From positions 180,001-212,000 of the forward strand of contig NZ_CP045921.1 in NCBI RefSeq assembly GCF_025273655.1: DNA of 32,000 nt. Direction: 5' to 3'. The notes beneath the pieces are model-generated. The model was not told where the DNA came from. It worked only from the letters and a program-made list of their open reading frames with translations, and did not search any database. This document shows, piece by piece, positions 23,594 to 30,796 of the stretch; within the stretch, counting starts at the first letter, position 1, and the number at the start of each line of letters is the position of its first letter. The stretch is from Candidatus Saccharimonadota bacterium (GTDB lineage Bacteria > Patescibacteriota > Saccharimonadia > Saccharimonadales > Saccharimonadaceae). Both the position numbers and the translations under genes were made by a program.

Positions 23594-23618
23594 CCTCCCG
23601 CTACGGGAGGATTTTTGT
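23594..23618 (+). terminator. Intrinsic terminator after ssrA
   Basis: CCTCCCG...CGGGAGG hairpin followed by ATTTTTGTTT. Confidence 0.7.
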
Positions 23619-23867
23619 TTGTGACAGCTCGTAGATAAGTGAAACGACCGCCTGCGAGGAACGGTCGTTTCGGAGTGTGGAGTTTTTAGAGTGTGCTGTT
23701 TGTTTTTGGCTCCTGCACAAGTTTTTTATTCAGAAGCTACCCCTATAATATGATGCCAAAGCGCTTGTGTCAATGATTTTGTGAGAGTTTTTTTGACAAA
23801 GTTTTTTACCGTGTGGAAAAGCCATATATGGTGCATATCGTGACCAATGAGCCACCATGTACGTAAG

Positions 23868-24560
23868 TTAAAGGTCGAAAATAAAATCCCAGCCAAACTC
23901 TGCGTATATTGAGCGCGCCTGTGGGCGTTCAGCAGGGGAGTATTTGGTGGCAAGTTTACGCGTGAAGTACTCTACTTCTGTGACAGAAAGCTGTGGCCAG
24001 TACTGTACGCCAGCTGCGATGCGCGCGGCGGATTCTGCAGTTGGTTGCCAGTCAAATTTTGCCATACGGCGGCAGTTTTCTAGGCAGGCATTTACATGTT
24101 CGCTGGCGGTGGGCGTGCGACCATCTGCAATATCGTACATATTCATACGGAGTGTCCTAGTGGTAGCGTCTTGAAAGCCGAAGTTGGTAGGGTCATGGAG
24201 GCGTCCGTCGCTGGCGAGATAGACCGAATCGATGCTGTTGAGGTAGTAGAGAAGGAAGTTGTCGACGGTATGGTGGACTCCGTAGACAAGCTCGGCATTC
24301 CATATGCCTTCGATATCCCACATCGCTTGATTCGCAGGATGCACGATATCGAGCGCTTCGCGCAGAATTTGCTGAGCGTCGCGGTAGTGTACCTGGCCGA
24401 CGTAGGAGATGTCGATATCGGCAGTTGCACCGCCTGCGATGAGTGTGCGTGTCCAGCCTGCCGCAATGGCGGGTTCGCGGACGTCGTGGGTCTCCAGATA
24501 TGCGAGCACCTCGGTAGCTTGCCGAACGTCTTCTTGTGCTTCGATGGCGGCGATGTTCAT
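23868..24560 (-). CDS. Small nucleotidyltransferase-like protein (poly(A) polymerase / CCA-adding head-domain resemblance)
   Basis: AAGWTRTLIAGGATADIDISY resembles the GGxVRDxLLGxxxxDxDx NTase head motif. ATG 24560 preferred (putative TTGCAC-17 nt-CATACT promoter ends 7 nt upstream); assignment tentative. Confidence 0.45.
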   Translation of the reverse strand: MNIAAIEAQEDVRQATEVLAYLETHDVREPAIAAGWTRTLIAGGATADIDISYVGQVHYRDAQQILREALDIVHPANQAMWDIEGIWNAELVYGVHHTVDNFLLYYLNSIDSVYLASDGRLHDPTNFGFQDATTRTLRMNMYDIADGRTPTASEHVNACLENCRRMAKFDWQPTAESAARIAAGVQYWPQLSVTEVEYFTRKLATKYSPAERPQARSIYAEFGWDFIFDL

Positions 24561-24567
24561 ACTATAT

Positions 24568-24596
24568 AGTATGTGTCTTGGTGGTGATTGGTGCAA
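24568..24596 (-). promoter_or_regulatory. Putative promoter TTGCAC-17 nt-CATACT, 7 nt upstream of ATG 24560 (leaderless arrangement)
   Basis: Minus strand TTGCAC (24591..24596) and CATACT (24568..24573); no SD. Confidence 0.3.
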
Positions 24597-24732
24597 TATC
24601 AAGCGCATACAAATCATAAATGTTGTAAATATAAATATGTAGATAAAAAATCAACATACAAAAATATATCTGTTATTATCACAAATTGAACAAATAGTTT
24701 ATTTACCACAACGAAATATGATGCACGGAGTA

Positions 24733-24761
24733 TTGACAAACCATAAGTAATTTGCTACAGT
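24733..24761 (+). promoter_or_regulatory. Sigma70-type promoter TTGACA-17 nt-TACAGT in the AT-rich intergenic region
   Basis: TTGACA 24733..24738, exact 17-nt spacer, TACAGT 24756..24761. Confidence 0.5.
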
Positions 24762-24939
24762 GAATCTAAGCTTTTACAAACATAAAAAGCACAAAAACCC
24801 TTAACAATTTGGCATCTTTTTCTCACAAGTAACATCAAAACTCTGGTGTGATTTGACGAAGTAACTGGCGGTCTCTATGCCTGCATCTTGCACTCATGGG
24901 GCTGCCTGTAAGCTCCGTCAAATCTTTGATGTTGAGCGC

Positions 24940-25054
24940 ATGTACTGACGTATATAGTACTGGTACAGCCTTGTACCTGGTAAAACCTTGTTTAGCATAG
25001 ACAAGCAACTACCGGGTACAAAGCGAGGAACGTACTATATAAACCGCAGTACAT
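24940..25054 (+). other. 115-nt extended imperfect hairpin (candidate structured RNA or protein-binding inverted repeat)
   Basis: Paired blocks: 24940-47/25047-54 (8 bp), 24949-50/25045-46, 24951-60/25032-41 (10 bp), 10x10-nt internal loop, 24971-82/25010-21 (12 bp, one G:U), 4x4 loop, 24987-91/25001-05, 9-nt loop. Contains 7 GTAC tetramers. Confidence 0.5.
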
Positions 25055-25213
25055 AAGCAAATATGCTCGGGAACTTTCCTGAGCGGTCAGTCGTCTCGAG
25101 TGGTAGTCGGAATCTGGATCGCCCGCCCTTTCATTTACTTTTAGCGGTGGTTGTCGGCCATTTTCCATACAGGCTACTACTCAGACACCCTTGGTATCCT
25201 GTATACTACCTGT

Positions 25214-25600
25214 ATGCTTTCTAAAATTCTTGTGGTAATCGGTGTCATAGCCGCTGTAGCGCTTGGCTACGTTCTCAATACTACGTCTCCTGTCGAGGCG
25301 GGTGCCACTGGGGTGCTTGCGGTATTTTTACTTTCGTATATTGTGTCAGTCGTCGTACTGACTTTTTTTGTTTTTTGGACATATAAACTCATGCTGCACG
25401 TTTTCTACAGTGACCGCACTGGTCACGCGGGTCAGCAGCTAAGTTTGCGCAAAGCATATTATTATGCGTCGATTTTGGCACTCGGACCAGTCATTTTGGT
25501 GAGTCTGCGCTCAGTAGGGCAGGCTGGTGCTGTGCAGCTTTTCTTGGTGTTGGCGCTTCTGGCACTCGGGTGTCTCTACGTATCGCGTCAAACGTCATAA
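25214..25600 (+). CDS. Small integral membrane protein (4 predicted TM helices)
   Basis: MLSKILVVIGVIAAVALGYV... hydrophobic segments. ATG 25214 preferred over TTG 25151; TATACT (25202..25207) 6 nt upstream, no SD. Confidence 0.6.
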   Translation: MLSKILVVIGVIAAVALGYVLNTTSPVEAGATGVLAVFLLSYIVSVVVLTFFVFWTYKLMLHVFYSDRTGHAGQQLSLRKAYYYASILALGPVILVSLRSVGQAGAVQLFLVLALLALGCLYVSRQTS

Positions 25601-25642
25601 AAACGCCAATTTTTCGCTTATGGTTGTGATATACTAACAGGT

Positions 25643-26071
25643 ATGCAGCCAGAGTTATCGCCGGGTCCACGTTCGTACGAACAGCAACCAGTGCCACAGG
25701 TGGAATCGTATGATGTTCCGCCAAACTTTGCATCTCCCGAGACATTTCCAAGCGCTTCTCCTGAGCGCGTAGAACAGCGTAGCGCTGTTGAGTTGGCTCC
25801 ACCGCCACCCGCAGCAGTTCCAATGCCTGCGATGCCATTGCCGCCTGTCCCGCAAACACCGGTGGCAATACCTGCGCCAGACCCAAGTACGGCAAATCCG
25901 ATTGCCGCAAACGACGACGATGTGATCGAAAAAGAATGGGTGGATCGGGCGAAGCAGGTGATTATCCAAACAAAAGATAATCCCTACGCTCGTGAAAAAG
26001 CGATTGGTGAATTACAGCGCGATTATCTAGCAAAACGTTACGGGCGCCAGATTGGTGCAAGTGATGACTAA
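25643..26071 (+). CDS. Proline-rich protein with helical charged C-terminal domain, function unknown
   Basis: N-half is about 30% Pro (APPPPAAVPMPAMPLPPVPQTPVAIPAPDP). C-terminus is DDDVIEKEWVDRAKQVIIQTKDNPYAREKAIGELQRDYLAKRYG. TGaTATACT (25627..25635) 7 nt upstream of the ATG. Confidence 0.55.
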   Translation: MQPELSPGPRSYEQQPVPQVESYDVPPNFASPETFPSASPERVEQRSAVELAPPPPAAVPMPAMPLPPVPQTPVAIPAPDPSTANPIAANDDDVIEKEWVDRAKQVIIQTKDNPYAREKAIGELQRDYLAKRYGRQIGASDD

Positions 26072-26086
26072 AGGAGCGGTTGAAAT

Positions 26087-29044
26087 ATGTTAGGGGCAAT
26101 CATCGGGGTATTTGCTATACTCGTGATCGCCGGTGTAGTAGTCGTTGTCTGCTACACGATTTATCAGGGGATGATGCGCGAAGCCAAAAACTACGAGCGT
26201 GGACTCAAGATGGTTCCAATGTTGATACACCTACCGCCGACTAGTGAGGATTTGGAACGCGGTGGCCGCGATGAGCGTGAAGTAACAGATGAACTTTTGT
26301 CTCAGGCTCAGGTAATGTATAACATCATTGCGAGTACGGCTCAGCGTGGCTTTAAGCATCGCATGTACGGGCAGCGCCATGTCTCGTTCGAAATTGTTGC
26401 CAAAGAAGGCCTTATCTATTATTACGCGGTAGTTCCGATTGTATTGGTAGATGTGGTGCGGCAGGCGGTTATCGCAGCATATCCCTCGGCTCGTCTCGAG
26501 GAGGTTGAAGAGCACAATATATTTACGAAGGATACGCACGCCAGCTCAGTGATTGGTGGCGAGTTCTCCCTGAAGAAAGAGTATGTCTATCCGATAGCTA
26601 CTTACCAGGAGACGAAGCGAGATGCCTCGCGCGCCATCTTAAACGCACTGTCGACAATTGGGCGCGAAGATGGTGTAGGGATTCAGATACTGATGCGGCC
26701 TGCCAGTGAGGGTTGGACTAAGAACTCTCAGCGCACGGTTGAGCGCGTCAAGAAGGATCGTGCGGCTGGTAAGCACGGAGGTTTTGGTGGCGGAGCAGCT
26801 GTGAAAGATATTGCCGGTGCGCTATGGAAGCCGCCATCCGCCGATGACCATAGTGATGAGAAAAATATCGATCGCCAGCTCACAACAAGCGAGCAGCAGG
26901 GCATTGAGGCAATAGAGGAGAAGATGCGGTATCCAGGTTACGAGATGCTGATTAGGGTTGTTGTATCTTCATCTACGGCTACTCGATCTCAGACGCTACT
27001 AAAGAATATTGTAGCTGCTTATTCACTGTTTGATTCACCGACCAACAATGGTTTTGTGTTTACGCCAACTCGTAATGTCGATGAGCTTGTGACCTCATAT
27101 ATATTTCGGTTTTTTCCGCAAAGTCTCCGTCGTAATATTCTCAACACTGTAGAACTCGCAACACTTTTCCATCTGCCGGATCAAAAGAATATTCCTACGG
27201 CGCAGGTGAAGCGTCAGCTGAGCAAGCAAGTCGATGGTCCGACGGAGATTATGGAAGAAGGCTTCTTGATTGGCTACAACGAATTTCGCGGTGTGAAAAA
27301 GCCTATTCGCTTGAGTACTAATGACCGCCGCCGCCACTTGTATATGATTGGCCAGACGGGTACTGGTAAGTCGAAGTTCCTTGAGAACCTTGCCTATCAG
27401 GACATGATGGACGGCAAAGGCTTTGCGTTTATCGATCCGCACGGAGATTCGGCGGAGATTTTGATGGGTGCGGTACCAAAAGAGCGTGTCGAAGACGTTA
27501 TCTATTTTAATCCGGCTGATATGGATAACCCGATTGGCCTGAATATGTTTGAGTTCAATACGCCGGATCAGAAGGACTTCTTGGTACAGGAAGCGATTAA
27601 CATGCTCTATGGACTGTACGATCCGGGGCATACAGGTATTGTGGGGCCGCGTCTCGAGCATATTTTCCGTAATGCCGCGCTGCTGCTGATGAGTGACCCG
27701 GAGGGCGGGACGTTTATTGACATACCGAAACTACTCGTCGATGCCGAGTTTATGAAGAGTAAGCTCAAGTACGTTACTGATCCGACAGTGCTAGAATTTT
27801 GGACCAAAGAATGGCCGTCGTCGCAAAAATCAAGTGAGGCGGGCGAGCTAGTGAGTTGGGTGGCTTCAAAGTTCGGTCCGTTTATCAGCAACGATGCGAT
27901 GCGTAATATCATCGGTCAGACTAAATCTGGCTTCAATCTGCGCGATATTATGGACAACAAGAAGATCCTCATCGTCAACTTGTCAAAGGGTAAGATGGGT
28001 GAGCTCAACTCAAAGCTACTCGGTATTATCTTCGTGATGAAGTTTCAGGCAGCAGCCATGGCGCGTGCAGATATACCCGAAGATCAACGTGAAGACTTCA
28101 GTCTGTATGTGGACGAGTTCCAGAACTTCATGACCGAGAGTTTCGAGTCGATTTTGTCTGAGGCTAGGAAGTATCACCTTAGTTTGATCATGGCTAATCA
28201 GTTCATGACACAGCTTACTGATAAAATTCGTGAAGCGATCATCGGTAACGTTGGTACGGTGGTGTCGGGACGTATAGGTGTGACCGATGCAGAGCTGCTG
28301 GTGAAGAAGTTTGAGCCTGTGTTCACGATTGATGATCTGACAAAAATGCCGAACTTTCAGGGTATTGCAAGTGTGATGATCAATAATACGCCATCGGCGC
28401 CGTTTAGCATGTCGTTTACACCGCCACTCGCCAAGTCAAATGATAAGCTGGCTGACGCAATGAAGAAGCTGTCGGCTACAAAACACGGACGCCCTCGAGC
28501 AGAAGTGGAGGCGGCTATTTCAAAACGTATCACAACACAGCCAAAACCTGCCATGGGCGTTGCACCAGGTACCGGCAATAGGATAGGAGCTCCCGGTGGC
28601 GCTAAGCCGGGCGGAGGTTCGTTCCTTGATGAGTGGCTTGCGAAGCGGCAACAAGCGGGGGCAGGCCGTCCTGGGGTAATTCGGCAACCGGGCCAAGTCC
28701 CTCCAGCGGGTGTACCAGTGCAGCCGTCACCGCTCCAGACTCAGCCAATGCAGTCTGCTGTGATACAAGCACCACCGCAGCCCGCCGTGCAGCCTACTGC
28801 GGCATATCCTCCTTTGCAGCCATTTGTTCAGTCGGGGCAGCCTGGCCAGTTCTTGTCGCAAACTCAGTCCATCCCGACGTCGGTGCCACCTGCCGGTTAC
28901 CCGCCGGTCCAGAGTGTTCAGAATCCATTCGCTACGTCCTCTGCCACTGCACTACCTCAACAGCCAGCAGCCCAGACGGCATCACCACAGGCACTGCAGC
29001 CTCGCCAGGGAGGCGATGGTGAGGTCTCGGTCAAAATTCGCTAG
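26087..29044 (+). CDS. Membrane-anchored FtsK/HerA-superfamily P-loop ATPase, type IV coupling protein (VirD4/TraD/TraG)-like, with Pro/Gln-rich C-terminal tail
   Basis: N-terminal TM helix; about 400 aa unrecognised; Walker A MIGQTGTGKSKF, FIDPHGDS, Walker B-like FSLYVDEFQNF, LIMANQF; last roughly 190 aa low-complexity P/Q/G; AGGAG SD. Confidence 0.8.
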   Translation: MLGAIIGVFAILVIAGVVVVVCYTIYQGMMREAKNYERGLKMVPMLIHLPPTSEDLERGGRDEREVTDELLSQAQVMYNIIASTAQRGFKHRMYGQRHVSFEIVAKEGLIYYYAVVPIVLVDVVRQAVIAAYPSARLEEVEEHNIFTKDTHASSVIGGEFSLKKEYVYPIATYQETKRDASRAILNALSTIGREDGVGIQILMRPASEGWTKNSQRTVERVKKDRAAGKHGGFGGGAAVKDIAGALWKPPSADDHSDEKNIDRQLTTSEQQGIEAIEEKMRYPGYEMLIRVVVSSSTATRSQTLLKNIVAAYSLFDSPTNNGFVFTPTRNVDELVTSYIFRFFPQSLRRNILNTVELATLFHLPDQKNIPTAQVKRQLSKQVDGPTEIMEEGFLIGYNEFRGVKKPIRLSTNDRRRHLYMIGQTGTGKSKFLENLAYQDMMDGKGFAFIDPHGDSAEILMGAVPKERVEDVIYFNPADMDNPIGLNMFEFNTPDQKDFLVQEAINMLYGLYDPGHTGIVGPRLEHIFRNAALLLMSDPEGGTFIDIPKLLVDAEFMKSKLKYVTDPTVLEFWTKEWPSSQKSSEAGELVSWVASKFGPFISNDAMRNIIGQTKSGFNLRDIMDNKKILIVNLSKGKMGELNSKLLGIIFVMKFQAAAMARADIPEDQREDFSLYVDEFQNFMTESFESILSEARKYHLSLIMANQFMTQLTDKIREAIIGNVGTVVSGRIGVTDAELLVKKFEPVFTIDDLTKMPNFQGIASVMINNTPSAPFSMSFTPPLAKSNDKLADAMKKLSATKHGRPRAEVEAAISKRITTQPKPAMGVAPGTGNRIGAPGGAKPGGGSFLDEWLAKRQQAGAGRPGVIRQPGQVPPAGVPVQPSPLQTQPMQSAVIQAPPQPAVQPTAAYPPLQPFVQSGQPGQFLSQTQSIPTSVPPAGYPPVQSVQNPFATSSATALPQQPAAQTASPQALQPRQGGDGEVSVKIR

Positions 29045-29094
29045 TAAGACTACAGCAACTGGGACTATCTAGACGCTACTTTTCGGGAGGGTTA

Positions 29095-29472
29095 CTATCT
29101 TTTACGACCACCTGTGATGAGTAGGTGCGTATAATCAATTACGATGCCAATGACCCAGCCTATCGCAAATGCGACAAGGGATTCAGAGCCAGAGAGAGTG
29201 TAGCCGTAATGCTTGGCGATGAGATACATACTCAGGGTCACGCAGATAGATACAACTGAGCCATAGAGAATGGCGTTTGGTCGTGCAACTGTGATGCCGA
29301 GAGCATTGCTGGCGATATCGAGGGGGCGCCAGTGGATGAGATGACTCCATGCCCGAGCCGGTCTGCGCATATGTGTGCGAGCTTGGTGCATAGTGGTGGC
29401 AAAAGACTGTGCTGCGCGCGACGAAGGTGAAGCTTGTCGAGGTGAGCCGGTTGAGGTTAGTTGCTTTTTCAT
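29095..29472 (-). CDS. Small membrane protein (about 3 TM helices) with basic N-terminal region
   Basis: Start overlaps the upstream stop as ATGA (29469..29472); hydrophobic C-terminal two thirds. Confidence 0.5.
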   Translation of the reverse strand: MKKQLTSTGSPRQASPSSRAAQSFATTMHQARTHMRRPARAWSHLIHWRPLDIASNALGITVARPNAILYGSVVSICVTLSMYLIAKHYGYTLSGSESLVAFAIGWVIGIVIDYTHLLITGGRKR

Positions 29473-30647
29473 GAAAGTGCTCCTGTGTTAAGGTCGTGAC
29501 GGATAAGGCGTAGTTCTTCTCGCTGTTGTCGAGCGCGTGCGTAGAAAAAGAGCGCGATTGTCACCACTGTGACACCTGTGGCAAGGGAAGTGCTAGCAGC
29601 TACTGGGGGAAGTTGGCGAGCAATGACTTCGACTTGCTTGGCCGCCGGGCATGCAACTGGTACATTGAGCGTGTTGTCGAGTGAATTGGTGATCAGGCAG
29701 TCATATGAGGCGGGGTTACTGTCGCCACGCCCTGTGGCCGGAATGGCCGCTGCGACACGAACAGTGAACTGTTTTGAAATTTTTTGGCCTGGCACAAGCT
29801 GAGCAGCAGGCCATACGAGCACATTTGTCGCGGTGTCGAGCGCACCACCACCGTTATCGGTCAGTGTCGCATATTCGAGTACGTCACCGAGTCTATCCTC
29901 TATCGCCACGTCTATCGCCGTATCTCCGGTGTTTTGAGCGGTGAGCTGATATACAATACGATCCGAAGGCTGGGCGGTTGTGCGGTTGGCTGGCTGAGAC
30001 TGGGTTGCGTTGATCGCTGTCTTACTGTAGGTAATCTGGCTCTCATTTGCCTGCGTACCGTTCGGCAGCTTATGAACGACAAGATTTCCCGATCCAGTCA
30101 GAACTGCAAATTCCCCAAACGTATCAGAGACTGCAGTAAGTGCAGGATATGTGCTGCCATGTTGGCGACTAAAGCTATCGTTGTCGTAGAGTGACAAGGG
30201 CGTGAAGTAGACGATACCCTGGCCGCCAGCGGCTTTTGAGTACGGATATGTACTAACACCGTCTTGAGAGCCGAAGAGGGGGGTGCGGCTTACTACGTAC
30301 AACGAGGTATCTGAGCGGATGGTTTGGCTGTGGAGGGAGGCAAGGTCGTGGCGACTGATGCCGATACTGCTGTAGATGTCGCGTAGGTTCTGTGCGTTTG
30401 TGTCGTAGGCTGCCAATAGTTCGGACGGAGCTGTAATACCTCCATACACTAGATCGTTCTCGCTAGTGGGATTGGCAGATTCGGGCGGATAGAGCAAGAC
30501 GAAGGCCTGTACGCCAACCGCAAGTACTGCGGCAATAAGACCGAGCTTTCGTAAAAAAACCTCTCGTTTGAGACGACGATCGTATGCACTGAGCTCACCC
30601 ACCAAACTCGGGCTATACGAGAGACCTGCGACTAATTTTCGAAACAT
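29469..30647 (-). CDS. Surface protein with DUF11/CARDB-like repeat domain, TM helices near both termini
   Basis: N-terminal anchor LGLIAAVLAVGVQAFVLLY. IVYQLTAQNTGDTAIDVAIEDRLGDVLEYATL...VWPAAQLVPGQKISKQFTVRV (DUF11-like). C-terminal LATGVTVVTIALFFYARAR followed by a charged tail. Confidence 0.65.
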   Translation of the reverse strand: MFRKLVAGLSYSPSLVGELSAYDRRLKREVFLRKLGLIAAVLAVGVQAFVLLYPPESANPTSENDLVYGGITAPSELLAAYDTNAQNLRDIYSSIGISRHDLASLHSQTIRSDTSLYVVSRTPLFGSQDGVSTYPYSKAAGGQGIVYFTPLSLYDNDSFSRQHGSTYPALTAVSDTFGEFAVLTGSGNLVVHKLPNGTQANESQITYSKTAINATQSQPANRTTAQPSDRIVYQLTAQNTGDTAIDVAIEDRLGDVLEYATLTDNGGGALDTATNVLVWPAAQLVPGQKISKQFTVRVAAAIPATGRGDSNPASYDCLITNSLDNTLNVPVACPAAKQVEVIARQLPPVAASTSLATGVTVVTIALFFYARARQQREELRLIRHDLNTGALS

Positions 30648-30688
30648 GTTTGTGTGCCCATCCAGATAACCCTTTTCAACTACTAGTC

Positions 30689-30697
30689 ATTTTAGCA
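30689..30697 (-). promoter_or_regulatory. Extended -10 promoter TGcTAAAAT for the 30647..29095 gene pair
   Basis: Minus strand TGCTAAAAT about 40 nt upstream of ATG 30647. Confidence 0.35.
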
Positions 30698-30796
30698 TAA
30701 GAAATATGTTCAGTGCAATCACTTGAGTGAACAATAGTTATCCGGTATACTGGAAGAGTTGTAAATAGCTGCTACGATAGGAACAAGTGAGGGAAA

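Noticed and set aside
23680-23810. Repeated AGTTTTT(T) tracts as phased bent DNA
   Set aside because: Spacings (about 20, 19, 66 and 14 nt) are not consistently helical-phase. This is more likely just T-rich intergenic sequence.
23726-23953. ORF 23726..23953 (-), 75 aa
   Set aside because: It overlaps the 3' end of the NTase-like gene out of frame and extends into T-rich spacer. It has no start signals.
24877-25000. Short ORFs inside the structured spacer (23 aa from 24877; 34 aa from 24896)
   Set aside because: They have no SD or -10-adjacent start and run through hairpin arms. They are much less supported than the 38-aa ORF at 9951..10067.
23581-30700. Genomic island integrated at the tmRNA 3' end
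   Set aside because: There is no integrase and no direct repeat of the tmRNA 3' end that I could find up to gyrB. Apart from the AT-rich spacer, composition looks like the rest of the window.
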